Of a DNA stretch of 64,000 bases, positions 1 to 9,269 are shown piece after piece. Positions within the stretch are counted from its first letter, which is position 1; the number at the start of each line of letters is the position of its first letter. Both the position numbers and the translations under genes were made by a program. Origin of the DNA: a virus; the IMG/VR virus record IMGVR_UViG_3300025018_000105. The stretch is one strand, 5' to 3'. Under the pieces are notes generated by a model. The model was not told the origin of the DNA. It was given only the letters and a program-made list of their open reading frames with translations, and made no database searches.

Positions 1-146
1 TCATGGGTCCGCCTGTGATTCCCTATCCCAACGAAAACGATCACCAGCGCATCAACATCCGAGACGTGATTCCGGATTTCCGTGTGTGGTCGGCTGCCGA
101 AGCAAAAGAGCGTTACATCGCTCGTTACGAGGGGCTTGCCGCGTGA
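1..146 (+). CDS. 3' end of an upstream gene (partial), hypothetical
   Basis: Open frame from base 3 to TGA 144-146, overlapping the GTG start of the next gene (GTGA coupling). Confidence 0.5.
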   Translation, partial: MGPPVIPYPNENDHQRINIRDVIPDFRVWSAAEAKERYIARYEGLAA

Positions 147-613
147 ACGAACCGACCCTTGCAGAAATCCGCGCCCGTCAGGACAAGTGGGATCGCTTTT
201 ATTTGGGAATGGCCGAGTATGTCTCGTCAGCCTCCAAGGACCCATCAACCAAGACCGGCGCTGTGATTGTGCGGCCTGACCTGACCGTTGCCAGCATGGG
301 CTTCAATGGCTTTGCTCGCAACATGAACGATGCACCCGAACTTTACGCGAACCGCGATGAGAAATACTCGCGGATCATTCACGCTGAGATCAACGCAATC
401 GTGAACTCCCATGGACCAGTGGATGGATGCACCATGTATGTCACCCTCGCTCCGTGCGACCGCTGCGCCGTCGTGATCGCCCAATCGGGCATCAAGCGCG
501 TCGTGGCCTACGCCACCCCTCCCGCACTTGCTGAGCGTTGGGAAGGGCTTTTGTCCCGTGCTTCCGGTTACTTCGAAGAAGCTGGCATCGAACTCAAGAT
601 TCTGGACCGCTGA
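143..613 (+). CDS. dCMP deaminase (cytidine/deoxycytidylate deaminase family)
   Basis: HAEINA and PCDRC zinc-binding motifs, SKDPSTKTGAVIV N-terminal motif; GTG start at 143 chosen from overlap with the upstream stop. Confidence 0.9.
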   Translation: MNEPTLAEIRARQDKWDRFYLGMAEYVSSASKDPSTKTGAVIVRPDLTVASMGFNGFARNMNDAPELYANRDEKYSRIIHAEINAIVNSHGPVDGCTMYVTLAPCDRCAVVIAQSGIKRVVAYATPPALAERWEGLLSRASGYFEEAGIELKILDR

Positions 614-614
614 T

Positions 615-926
615 ATGGAACTCCGAAACGCCGCCCCGCTCACCTTTTCCAAGCTCGATGACATCTGGCGCGAATACGACTACGCCATGCCGAACGGCAC
701 GATCGCCACGATCGGCATTGAAGAACCCCGCTTCCTGAACGTCAATCCCGTCCACGGCGCTCACCGCATCGTCGATGCCGAGGGCGTCGTCCACTACATG
801 CCGGGCCACTTCATCGCGCTGCGGTGGTATGTTAAGGAGGGCACGCCGCACTTCCATACGACTGTCCACCAGCCTGATGGCACCGTGCAACAGATCACGT
901 TCGGCGAGGCGTCCGAAGCCGCATGA
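615..926 (+). CDS. hypothetical phage protein
   Basis: ATG directly after the deaminase stop; typical codon usage; overlaps next start. Confidence 0.7.
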   Translation: MELRNAAPLTFSKLDDIWREYDYAMPNGTIATIGIEEPRFLNVNPVHGAHRIVDAEGVVHYMPGHFIALRWYVKEGTPHFHTTVHQPDGTVQQITFGEASEAA

Positions 927-1666
927 CCGACGCAGCCGAAGACGCGACGCTGGGAATGACAAAGGGCCGCAAGGCCGCTCTCAAGGACGCCGCGATGATC
1001 GGGGATTCCGGCTACGACCGGATCGAAGCCGATCACTACAACACCCCTCCTGAAAATCTCGACTGCTTACTCCAGCACGTATCGCTCCACACCAACGTGT
1101 GGGAGCCCGCCGTCGGGATCGGGAACCTCGCAACCCGAATGCACGAGATGGGTTACACCGTCTGGTCCAGCGACATCATCAACTACGGCTATGATGAACG
1201 CTTTACCCAAAGCGACTTCTTTGCCCAGACTAAGATGCCTGACCCGCTGGTTCACTCGATTGTGTCGAACCCGCCCTACGAGACCGTTAAGCTTAACGAT
1301 CCGAACTGGGCGCACCTCAAGCCCCTTGCCGAGAAATATGGCATCACAGGCAACTCGGTCAGTCTAGCCGAACTCTTTTGCCGCCACGCGGTCGAACTGA
1401 CCCGAGCCTGTGAGGGCCAAGTCGCGATGTTCCTGCGAAACGAGTTCGACTGCTCGAAGGGGCGCATGGACCTGTTCTCGAACCGACCATTCTACAAGAA
1501 GATCGTTGTGTCCAAGCGCCCGCGCTGGGTCGAAGGATCGACCGGCTCCCCGCGCCACAATTATTCGTGGTTCGTGTGGGACTGGAGTCTTTCTGAAGGA
1601 GAAGGTCAGATCGCTTACTCGCACCCAGCACTGGCCAAGCTGGCAACTACCGAGGAATACGAATGA
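923..1666 (+). CDS. N6-adenine (amino) DNA methyltransferase, phage type
   Basis: HYNTP, WEPAVGIG (SAM-binding motif I), SSDI, SNPPY (motif IV), WFVWD. Confidence 0.8.
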   Translation: MTDAAEDATLGMTKGRKAALKDAAMIGDSGYDRIEADHYNTPPENLDCLLQHVSLHTNVWEPAVGIGNLATRMHEMGYTVWSSDIINYGYDERFTQSDFFAQTKMPDPLVHSIVSNPPYETVKLNDPNWAHLKPLAEKYGITGNSVSLAELFCRHAVELTRACEGQVAMFLRNEFDCSKGRMDLFSNRPFYKKIVVSKRPRWVEGSTGSPRHNYSWFVWDWSLSEGEGQIAYSHPALAKLATTEEYE

Positions 1667-3309
1667 GCACCGACATCTCGATTGACGAAATCCGGGAAGC
1701 TATAGCGATCTATGGCGGCATCCGCCCAGCCGGGCGAGAGCTTGGTATGGCAGAATCGTCGATCCGCTACCGGCTTAAGAGCGACCTTGCCGAGACGCTG
1801 ACCCAAGAATCAGCCGACGATCCCGAGTTCAAGTCATACCGGGCCCCGAAGCCTATCATTTTCGATACGATCTCGACTCACAATCGCTATTTTATCTTCA
1901 CCGCCGCGCAGGACGGCTCTGAAATCCACGAGGACTTCTGGAACTGCCTCCACGTCTATTCGGAATGGCTAGAGAACTGTGAGATCATCGTCTCGGGCTT
2001 CACCTATTCGAAGAAGCTGTTTGAAGAACACGACAAGCGTGCCAAGGGTGTTCACTTCCACCCAGACATCGATCCATTCGTCCTGCACGATCGCATCCGC
2101 TGCGGTGATGAAGTCGAGTTCTGCGGCGAGATGAACACGCTGCCGACCGCTGTCACACCGCTGTCCGGCTTCTCGACCTACACTCGTGGGCGCTGGGGTA
2201 TCTTCCCACACCCGAAGGTCCAGTTGGAATCGATCGCCACCATGAAGCATGAGCGAGCCAAGCAGCTTATGACGACCGGCGCGGTCACCATGCCCAACTA
2301 CATCCGCAAGAAGGCTGGCATCAAGGCGATGTTCCACCACCAGATCGGCGCTGTTCTCGTCGAGATGCGCCCGGACGGTTCGACCTATTGCCGCCACCTG
2401 CTGGCCACCGATCTCGAAGACGGGTCATTCTACGACCTTGATCGCCACATCACCAACAAAGGCGTCACCGAAGGTCACCGGATCGAAGCGATCAGCTACG
2501 GAGACATCCACCACGAAAAGCTCGATCCGAAGCTGGCCATGGCGACGTGGGCTTACGATGTGGAATCGCAAACCGTGGACGAGGACTACACCAGCCTCCA
2601 CGGCGAGCTTCCGCTTCGCGACTTCCTGCATCCGGTCTACGAGTTCTATCACGACCTGTCGGACTTTAGCCCGCGAAACCACCACAACATCAAGGACCAC
2701 CACTTCCGGTTCGCCGCTCATGTTCGAGGAGGGCAGGACAATAACGTGGACGGTGCCTTGCAGGGATGTGCAAAGTTCCTGCGGGTGATCCAGCGCGAAG
2801 ACATTATGTCGGTCGTGATTGAATCGAACCACGATCAAGCACTGCTCAAGTGGCTCAAGCAGGCTGACTATCGCGAAGACCCCGAAAACGCGATCTTCTT
2901 TCTGTTCTGTCAACTCTGGATTTACCAGATGCTTGAGCAAGGCATCGCCGACCCAGACGTGTTCCAGTATGTCCTGCGTCATATGGGCGTGCCGGACGAT
3001 GTGGTGTTCGTCAACGAAGACGAGTCCTTCGTCATCTGCGATGACATCGAATGCGGTATGCATGGCCACCTTGGGCCTAACGGGGCTCGTGGTTCGCCTC
3101 TATCAATCAGCCGAGCGGGCATGAAGTCCAACACCGGGCACACCCACTCGCCTGCGATCCGTGACGGAGCCTACGTCGGCGGCGTTAGCGCCACGCTCGA
3201 CCTTGGTTACAACAAGGGCCCATCCTCGTGGTCGCAATCGCACATCATCACTTACCCGAACGGTAAGCGGACCATCATCACATTCCACAATGGAAGGTAT
3301 TACGCATGA
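1663..3309 (+). CDS. calcineurin-like metallophosphoesterase with N-terminal HTH-like segment
   Basis: GDIHH, HDLSD, ESNHD, MHGH and GHTHS metal-binding motifs in canonical order. Confidence 0.8.
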   Translation: MSTDISIDEIREAIAIYGGIRPAGRELGMAESSIRYRLKSDLAETLTQESADDPEFKSYRAPKPIIFDTISTHNRYFIFTAAQDGSEIHEDFWNCLHVYSEWLENCEIIVSGFTYSKKLFEEHDKRAKGVHFHPDIDPFVLHDRIRCGDEVEFCGEMNTLPTAVTPLSGFSTYTRGRWGIFPHPKVQLESIATMKHERAKQLMTTGAVTMPNYIRKKAGIKAMFHHQIGAVLVEMRPDGSTYCRHLLATDLEDGSFYDLDRHITNKGVTEGHRIEAISYGDIHHEKLDPKLAMATWAYDVESQTVDEDYTSLHGELPLRDFLHPVYEFYHDLSDFSPRNHHNIKDHHFRFAAHVRGGQDNNVDGALQGCAKFLRVIQREDIMSVVIESNHDQALLKWLKQADYREDPENAIFFLFCQLWIYQMLEQGIADPDVFQYVLRHMGVPDDVVFVNEDESFVICDDIECGMHGHLGPNGARGSPLSISRAGMKSNTGHTHSPAIRDGAYVGGVSATLDLGYNKGPSSWSQSHIITYPNGKRTIITFHNGRYYA

Positions 3310-3497
3310 TGGTGACCATCGAAATGAAAAATGGCCTAATTGGCTATGTCGCGATCGACGAAATGCTCCTTGATCTGATGTATGACCCAATCGAGGGTGT
3401 GATCAACCATACGAGGCCGCTGCTGGAAGACTGCGTGAAACGCCGCAACCAGAAACGACCTAGGGTGGCAAGCGGAATTGAGGACACTACAGAATGA
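3306..3497 (+). CDS. hypothetical protein
   Basis: ATGA overlaps at both ends. Confidence 0.6.
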   Translation: MMVTIEMKNGLIGYVAIDEMLLDLMYDPIEGVINHTRPLLEDCVKRRNQKRPRVASGIEDTTE

Positions 3498-3829
3498 CCG
3501 CTTTTAGCTACCCATCACTCGAAATGGACGATGGCTTCTTCCAATCCGCGCTTGCTGGTTCGGTAACTGCCACAATCCGTATTGGTGAGCGCCCAGCTAT
3601 CATTGCGCCGGGCGCTCTCGTATTTGTCTCGCCGACCGCACGGTTCCTGCCGATGATCGTCAACGTTGATTTAGTGATCCGGACCACGTGGCTGGGAATT
3701 AATGACTATGATGCCCAGCTTGCCGGTTACATAGACGGTGACAATGCTCGCTCCGACATGGCGATCCGCTATCCAGAGGCCAGTCCCGACACGCCATTTA
3801 CCGTAATCCGTTTCTCAAGGCCTGCATAA
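3494..3829 (+). CDS. ASCH/PUA-like domain protein
   Basis: G-x-x-T-A-T-I-R-x-G-x-R motif, DAQLAGY and RYP...FTVIRF pattern typical of ASCH. Confidence 0.6.
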   Translation: MTAFSYPSLEMDDGFFQSALAGSVTATIRIGERPAIIAPGALVFVSPTARFLPMIVNVDLVIRTTWLGINDYDAQLAGYIDGDNARSDMAIRYPEASPDTPFTVIRFSRPA

Positions 3830-4374
3830 TGCCCGCGATCTTTGATGAAGTGCAACAACTCAAGAACTGCGTGCTTGAGCTTTTTGTAGGTATTGATCCT
3901 ATTGGCGAGGGTAACTCTCGCCGGGTTTATACCCTGACGCGTGACGACAGCCTCGTGCTTAAGATCGAATACACTGGAAAGACGTTTCACAATCCAGTCG
4001 AGTGGTTGGTGTGGAACGAAGTCAAGGATTGGCCGATCAACGACTGGTTCGCACCTTGTATTGCAATCGATAGCTGGGGCTCTGCTCTATTACAGCGCCG
4101 GACACAGCCTTTTGAGTCGGAGAAAGACTTTAATGAGGCGCTACGCCGCACACGTGGTGGGCGTCTTCCGGAGATATTAGCCGACACGCATTACCACAAT
4201 TTCGGCCTCCTGAACGACCAAGTGGTCTGCCACGATTATGGCTACCACCGTTTCTTGCGTCAAGGCGCTCAAGCAATGTGCCAAGAGCTTGGTTATCTGC
4301 AATTTGACGAGCCTGCTGACACAGTGAAAACGCACCGCTTCAACCAAGAAGGACAACTTCACTTTGATCTCTGA
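3829..4374 (+). CDS. minimal Ser/Thr protein-kinase-like protein
   Basis: GEGNSRRV glycine loop, VLK lysine, N-x-x-E, D-T-H-x-x-N catalytic loop, HDYG (DFG equivalent). Confidence 0.7.
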   Translation: MPAIFDEVQQLKNCVLELFVGIDPIGEGNSRRVYTLTRDDSLVLKIEYTGKTFHNPVEWLVWNEVKDWPINDWFAPCIAIDSWGSALLQRRTQPFESEKDFNEALRRTRGGRLPEILADTHYHNFGLLNDQVVCHDYGYHRFLRQGAQAMCQELGYLQFDEPADTVKTHRFNQEGQLHFDL

Positions 4375-4513
4375 TCTTACCGTTAACGGACTTATCTGGG
4401 TTATTGCCCTTGGCGTGCTGATGGGCGAAGTCATAATGCTCCTGTTTACAATCACCGTGGAGCTACTCACAGGTGACGATGAAGATGATGATGACGAGGA
4501 CCTGTATGTCTGA
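4364..4513 (+). CDS. small membrane peptide with acidic tail (49 aa, not in ORF track)
   Basis: TTG start after GAAGGA; hydrophobic stretch followed by DDEDDDDED; overlaps both neighbours. Confidence 0.45.
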   Translation: MISDLTVNGLIWVIALGVLMGEVIMLLFTITVELLTGDDEDDDDEDLYV

Positions 4514-4763
4514 GGCAGAAGAAGAGTTCGATCTGGATGTGCCTCTGCTAGATCAGGATGCGATCCTGACTGCAATGGTCGAGGCGGCTTATGGAGCGCC
4601 CAGTCCGATCGTCGAGATCATTTCCGTCGAAAGTGTGGGAAGCCCACAAGACCCTGTGATCAGGGCTGCTGGCATCGTCTCTGTTGGGGAAAACTCCTTC
4701 TACTTCGAGATCGAAGACGGTAGCTGGAACGGCACGGTCTTGCTTCATTGGGGAGCAAATTGA
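4506..4763 (+). CDS. acidic hypothetical protein
   Basis: ATG at 4506 (MSEAEEEF), in frame with the listed ORF. Confidence 0.6.
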   Translation: MSEAEEEFDLDVPLLDQDAILTAMVEAAYGAPSPIVEIISVESVGSPQDPVIRAAGIVSVGENSFYFEIEDGSWNGTVLLHWGAN

Positions 4764-4765
4764 GC

Positions 4766-4792
4766 TTGACACCAAGCGCAATTTTTATATAC
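4766..4792 (+). promoter_or_regulatory. sigma70-like promoter of the DNA polymerase operon, with GCGCAATTTTT in the spacer
   Basis: TTGACA-ccaagcgcaattttta-TATACA. Confidence 0.65.
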
Positions 4793-4818
4793 ACCAGTCT
4801 CCCGACTGAGAGAAATAC

Positions 4819-7146
4819 GTGAAGCTCAAGCCCAAAACCCACCGGCGTTTAGTATTTGACGCAGAAACGGACGGTCTCCTCCACCAAGTGACGGTCTGTC
4901 ACTGTGTGGCTGTGCGTGACTATGATACGGGCCAGCGCTGGGTGTTCCGTCGCAATAAGCGCGAGAACACCATCAAAGGGCTGTTCAAGCTCCTAGATGA
5001 TGCAGAAGAAATCTGGGGGCACAACATTGTCGGCTACGACATTCCGATGCTCGAAATCCTCTTTGGATGGACGCCGACAGCCCGCATCCGCGATACTCTC
5101 GTTCTCGCTCGTCTCCTGTTCCCCGACCAGAAGGACAAGGATTTTCGTCTATTTGAAGCGGGCAAGCTCGATGGTGTCAACATCGGCAAGCACACTCTCG
5201 ACTCGTGGGGTCAGCGTCTTGGTCTCTACAAGGGAGATTACAAGGCCACTCGGACCGCCCAAGGCCTAGCCAAGGGAATCGAGAAGGACTCCGAGGAAAT
5301 GCGCTTCTTTGTTTGGGGCACATGGACTCAGGGCCTCGAAGACTACTGCGTAAACGACGTGGACGTGACCACGCTGCTGATCAAGATGATCGACAGCCGC
5401 GAGCAATCTCCCGACGCGATCTACGTCCAGCATCGCCTCGCCGATCTCATGGCGCGTCAGCAAGAGAATGGTTTCCCATTCGACAGGCCGCGAGCTAAGA
5501 TTCTGGCGGGAGAACTGAGCGTCGAGCAAGCGCGTCTTGAGGCTGAACTGGCTGTCGAGTTCCCCGGCCGGTTTATTCCTAAGAAGCGTATGGAAACACC
5601 ACCTGTCGGTCGCGACGTGAACGGAGGCCAGTTTCCCAATTTCTACCTGATCGAAGACACCGAGATCGATCCATCACTCCCAGCGCGGGAAGCGATTGCA
5701 GCCAAGAACGACGCAATGTATACGGTCGTCCCGGAGCGCCGCTGGTATGGTTATCCGGAACAAAAGAACACCAAGAAAGACAGCCCGAAGTGGAAGGACA
5801 CAATGCGTCCTCGCTACGACAAGGGCTCGTGGTTCACGCCCGTCAAATGGCAAGAGTTCAAGGCGACATCACGTCCACAGATCACCGACCGTCTGCAAGA
5901 GATGGGTTGGGAGCCTGACGACGAGGATTACACCGAGAAGGGCAACATCAAAGCGAACGACGTGATCCTGCGTCGGATCGTGCAGGACTTCCCGGTTGCT
6001 GAGAAGCTGGCAGACCTGCTCGCGATCCGCAAGCTTATGGGCCAGTTGCAGGACGGCAATCAAGCGTGGCTCAAGGTCTACGACGAAGAGACCGGGTGTA
6101 TCCACGGCTACGTCAATCCCTGCGGCGCTGTTACCACGCGTGCGACCCACGCCTTTCCGAACTTGGCACAGGTTCCGGCTGTTAGAAAAAAGAAGGCACT
6201 TTTCTCACAGCTTACGCAGATCGCCAATCCGCGCGGCATCATCCGACCCAATGCCATGTTCGAGAATGGGCCGGTGCTGGTGCTCTACAAAGGCCAGCGC
6301 TGTGATGACTGGCATAAGATGCCATGTCACTACAGCGTTGGTGATTGGGAGGTCGAGAAGGACAAGGCCGAGGCAGGTGACGAACGCGAGTTCCAAGTCG
6401 TTATTCTGGGCCTCAAGGGCGGCTGGGGTTATGAGTGTCGCTCTCTGTTTACAGTATGGGAGGACTGGAAGCTTGTCGGGTCCGACTTGGCCGGTATTGA
6501 GCTTCGTTGCCTTGCTCATGAAATGGCCAAGTATGATGGCGGCGAGTATGGGCGTATCCTTCTCGAAGGTGACATCCACTCGGAAAACCAGCGTCGTGCA
6601 GGTCTGGAGACACGCGACCTCGCGAAGACCTTTATCTACGCCTTCCTCTACGGCGCTGGTGACGAAAAGATTGGCAACATTGTTTCGCCGCTTTCTTCTC
6701 CGCCCCAGCAAGCGAAGATTGGTAAAGAACTCAAGGCACGATTCCTCAAAGAGCTTCCGGCTCTAAACCGCGTTATCCGCGATGTTCAGCGCCAAGCCTC
6801 GCGTAAGTTCCTCACCGGGCTGGATGGGCGTCGCCTGTTTGTCCGTTCCAAGCACTCTGCACTGAACACAGACCTCCAAGGTATGGGAGCCACGATCGCT
6901 AATTGGTGGCTGATCCTGATCGAAGACATGCTCTACGACGAGGGACTCACCTACGGCTGGGATGGCGACTTTGTGTTCTGTGCTTGGGTCCACGACGAAG
7001 TTCAGATCGCGTGTCGTGCAGGCCTTGAAGAGACCGTGGAAGGCATCTGCATTCAAGCGGCTGCTGAGGCCGGTAAGCGACTGGGCTTTGCCCTTCCTGT
7101 AGAGGCGTCAGCTTCTAACGGCTATGCATGGCACGAGACACACTGA
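4819..7146 (+). CDS. polA: T7-like family A DNA polymerase with 3'-5' exonuclease
   Basis: VFDAETDG exo I, GHNIVGYD exo II, YCVNDV exo III, GSDLAGIELR motif A, AKTFIYAFLYGAG motif B (Tyr, as in T7), WVHDEVQ motif C. Confidence 0.95.
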   Translation: MKLKPKTHRRLVFDAETDGLLHQVTVCHCVAVRDYDTGQRWVFRRNKRENTIKGLFKLLDDAEEIWGHNIVGYDIPMLEILFGWTPTARIRDTLVLARLLFPDQKDKDFRLFEAGKLDGVNIGKHTLDSWGQRLGLYKGDYKATRTAQGLAKGIEKDSEEMRFFVWGTWTQGLEDYCVNDVDVTTLLIKMIDSREQSPDAIYVQHRLADLMARQQENGFPFDRPRAKILAGELSVEQARLEAELAVEFPGRFIPKKRMETPPVGRDVNGGQFPNFYLIEDTEIDPSLPAREAIAAKNDAMYTVVPERRWYGYPEQKNTKKDSPKWKDTMRPRYDKGSWFTPVKWQEFKATSRPQITDRLQEMGWEPDDEDYTEKGNIKANDVILRRIVQDFPVAEKLADLLAIRKLMGQLQDGNQAWLKVYDEETGCIHGYVNPCGAVTTRATHAFPNLAQVPAVRKKKALFSQLTQIANPRGIIRPNAMFENGPVLVLYKGQRCDDWHKMPCHYSVGDWEVEKDKAEAGDEREFQVVILGLKGGWGYECRSLFTVWEDWKLVGSDLAGIELRCLAHEMAKYDGGEYGRILLEGDIHSENQRRAGLETRDLAKTFIYAFLYGAGDEKIGNIVSPLSSPPQQAKIGKELKARFLKELPALNRVIRDVQRQASRKFLTGLDGRRLFVRSKHSALNTDLQGMGATIANWWLILIEDMLYDEGLTYGWDGDFVFCAWVHDEVQIACRAGLEETVEGICIQAAAEAGKRLGFALPVEASASNGYAWHETH

Positions 7147-7343
7147 TGGAAATTCACTATATCTTTTTCGTGGTTTGGTTACTCTTCGTAGGCACAGTAG
7201 GTTGGTTCATAGGGCGCGTCGAGACCCCACCAAACCCAGAAGGCGGTAGTTACGGAGATTCCATGGTTTACGAAGACATAATGGGAGTGCAAGCTGACGC
7301 CAACTCCCAAGGTTACTCACAAAAGGAAAGCGACAGGCTGTGA
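7146..7343 (+). CDS. small membrane protein
   Basis: TGATG coupling to the polymerase; N-terminal hydrophobic helix. Confidence 0.6.
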   Translation: MEIHYIFFVVWLLFVGTVGWFIGRVETPPNPEGGSYGDSMVYEDIMGVQADANSQGYSQKESDRL

Positions 7344-7639
7344 ACTACCTGATTGATCCTGAGAACGTCATTGACTTCGCCCGCACTGACGCCGAACTTG
7401 AACTGTGGTGGCTCTTCTCCTGTGTCGTCGCTGGGAAGACCGCACGCACGCAGGCCAAGTTGCTTGACGCGATGCTGAGCAAGCTCGAAGGCGAAACGCC
7501 GTTCGAAAAGTTCCGCAAGCTGAGCTACAACCGAGAACTGGAGGAAGCTTTCATCGCGCTGGATGACAAATCTGGTGAAGAGATCGCTGACTACGACCTC
7601 TCTGTCTGGAAACAATACGCGAAGAAGGAAGCTGCCTAA
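7340..7639 (+). pseudogene. probable internally deleted HhH-GPD/endonuclease III-like DNA glycosylase homologue
   Basis: N-terminus (IDP-N...RTDAELE.WWLFS.VVAGKTA..QA) and C-terminus (ELE..F.....G...A..DL.VW..Y) resemble a ~190-aa phage family; the central HhH core is missing. Confidence 0.45.
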
Positions 7640-7863
7640 TGGACATCAATATCCAACATCACCTGACTGTATTCGGAGTCAACGGTGGTGACTACGAATA
7701 TGGAATTAAGCTCGACGGGGACGGCATGGTAGAGCTTAGCTATAGCGAACCTGACCGTCCCGAAGTCACGAGCACCTTGACTATCGCGCCTGATGATCTC
7801 CCGACGTTCATCAAGGCGCTGACAGTCTTCGCTAAGTTTAACAATTTCACAGGAGAGGAATGA
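7639..7863 (+). CDS. hypothetical protein
   Basis: TAATG coupling. Confidence 0.6.
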   Translation: MDINIQHHLTVFGVNGGDYEYGIKLDGDGMVELSYSEPDRPEVTSTLTIAPDDLPTFIKALTVFAKFNNFTGEE

Positions 7864-7952
7864 TGGATTTTCACACTATCCTCATCGGAGCGGCGTTCGT
7901 TTTGATCGCCTCCTTCGTTGGCATTGTCATCCGCCACCGTAATACGCGTTAA
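7863..7952 (+). CDS. 29-aa single-TM peptide MDFHTILIGAAFVLIASFVGIVIRHRNTR
   Basis: TGATG coupling, GGAGAGG RBS upstream, TM helix with basic tail. Confidence 0.5.
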   Translation: MDFHTILIGAAFVLIASFVGIVIRHRNTR

Positions 7953-7994
7953 GCGCAATTTTTTCTTGACATTGTTGAGAAGATTGGTTAATAC
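7951..7994 (+). promoter_or_regulatory. promoter with upstream GCGCAATTTTT element
   Basis: aagcgcaattttttc-TTGACA-17 nt-TAATAC. Confidence 0.7.
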
Positions 7995-8033
7995 ATAGCC
8001 ATCACTCGGCAACGTCCGACAAGAAAGTCTCCC

Positions 8034-8387
8034 ATGGAAAAAGAAAAACTTCCGCTGCCTTACCCGTATGCGGAAAACAGCCGTGCTGGTTCCCTGCGCT
8101 TTTACATCCTGTCGGCGGGTGTGACTTCCCTCTTGCTCATTGCAAAGCTCTTCGGCGGCGAGATGCCATGGTGGGTCGTTCTGGCTCCCGGAGCCCTTGT
8201 CGGTTTTCGTGTCGTGCTCTTCGATACGATCCGCAACGCAACACACGAGGCCCTTCGGCATGCGGCGGCCGACAACCGGCTCGATCACTTCATCGAAAAC
8301 GGCGTGCTCTACGCCAAGCAGAAAGGCATGGGCCCGGACGAGCTTGTTCACGAAATGGAGACGGTCGCGAAGGAGTGTGACATCTGA
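8034..8387 (+). CDS. membrane protein, hypothetical
   Basis: Two hydrophobic segments; coupled to the next gene. Confidence 0.6.
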   Translation: MEKEKLPLPYPYAENSRAGSLRFYILSAGVTSLLLIAKLFGGEMPWWVVLAPGALVGFRVVLFDTIRNATHEALRHAAADNRLDHFIENGVLYAKQKGMGPDELVHEMETVAKECDI

Positions 8388-9073
8388 TGCGTGTCTGCTA
8401 CTTCGATACGGAAACGACGGGCCTGCCCACGAACAAGTATCCTCCTGATTCCGATCAACAGCCGCACATAACGCAGCTTGGTATGCTGCTGGAAATCAAT
8501 GGTATTGACGTGATGCGTCTCGATGCATTTATCAAGCCGGATAACTGGCGCATTCACCCATGCTCCGGGACCGGCATCTCGAAGAAATCCACTGAACTTA
8601 CGGGTATCACTCAGGAGATGTGCGAGGAAAGTGGCATCCCGATCGCTGACGCGCTTGAGATGTTCATGATCGCAACCGAACAAGCGGACGCCATCGTCTG
8701 CCACAACACCGCGTTCGATACCAAGATTATCGGCTTCGAATACGCCCGCCTTCGGCCCGGTGCCGGGCCGCGTGAAATCCTCAACGGCAAGCCACGCCTC
8801 TGCACGATGAAGGCGGCGACGCCGATCTGCCAGCTTCCGCAGAAGGGCCGCAGAACCACCTTCAAATGGCCCAAGCTCGAAGAGGCCATGCGTTTCTTCT
8901 ACGACGAAGCCCTTGAAGGCGCGCACTCAGCCATCGTTGACATTCTTGCGACACGTCGCCTGTTCCACACCCTTCTGGACGAAGGCGCGTTTGATCAGGA
9001 AATCTTCGACCTCAAGGCGGTCGGTAAGCTGCCCAAGGACTTCGCTTCGGAGTTTATTCCAGACAATGGGTGA
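8387..9073 (+). CDS. DEDDh 3'-5' exonuclease (DnaQ/epsilon-like)
   Basis: FDTETTGL, CHNTAFD and AHSAIVD motifs. Confidence 0.9.
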   Translation: MRVCYFDTETTGLPTNKYPPDSDQQPHITQLGMLLEINGIDVMRLDAFIKPDNWRIHPCSGTGISKKSTELTGITQEMCEESGIPIADALEMFMIATEQADAIVCHNTAFDTKIIGFEYARLRPGAGPREILNGKPRLCTMKAATPICQLPQKGRRTTFKWPKLEEAMRFFYDEALEGAHSAIVDILATRRLFHTLLDEGAFDQEIFDLKAVGKLPKDFASEFIPDNG

Positions 9074-9269
9074 ACTCCTTTCCCTCCGCCCGGCCTGTCA
9101 TTTCGGGTTCGATATGCCTTTCCAGATCAGGGATGGCTTCAACGGACCGAAGCGCGGGACATGGTGGGTCCGCTCTAAGAAGGACGGAGTAATCGTCGGC
9201 CCCTTCCATTCGTGGCAGATGTGTCGGCTCGCCCAAAAATCAGAAGACACGAAGCTTGGATACTCATGA
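9066..9269 (+). CDS. hypothetical protein
   Basis: ATG at 9066 overlapping the exonuclease stop; ATGA overlap with the next gene. Confidence 0.5.
   Translation: MGELLSLRPACHFGFDMPFQIRDGFNGPKRGTWWVRSKKDGVIVGPFHSWQMCRLAQKSEDTKLGYS

Noticed and set aside
6170-6420. Intron or intein in the DNA polymerase
   Set aside because: The frame is uninterrupted, there are no intein C/S...HN termini or endonuclease motifs, and the insert is short
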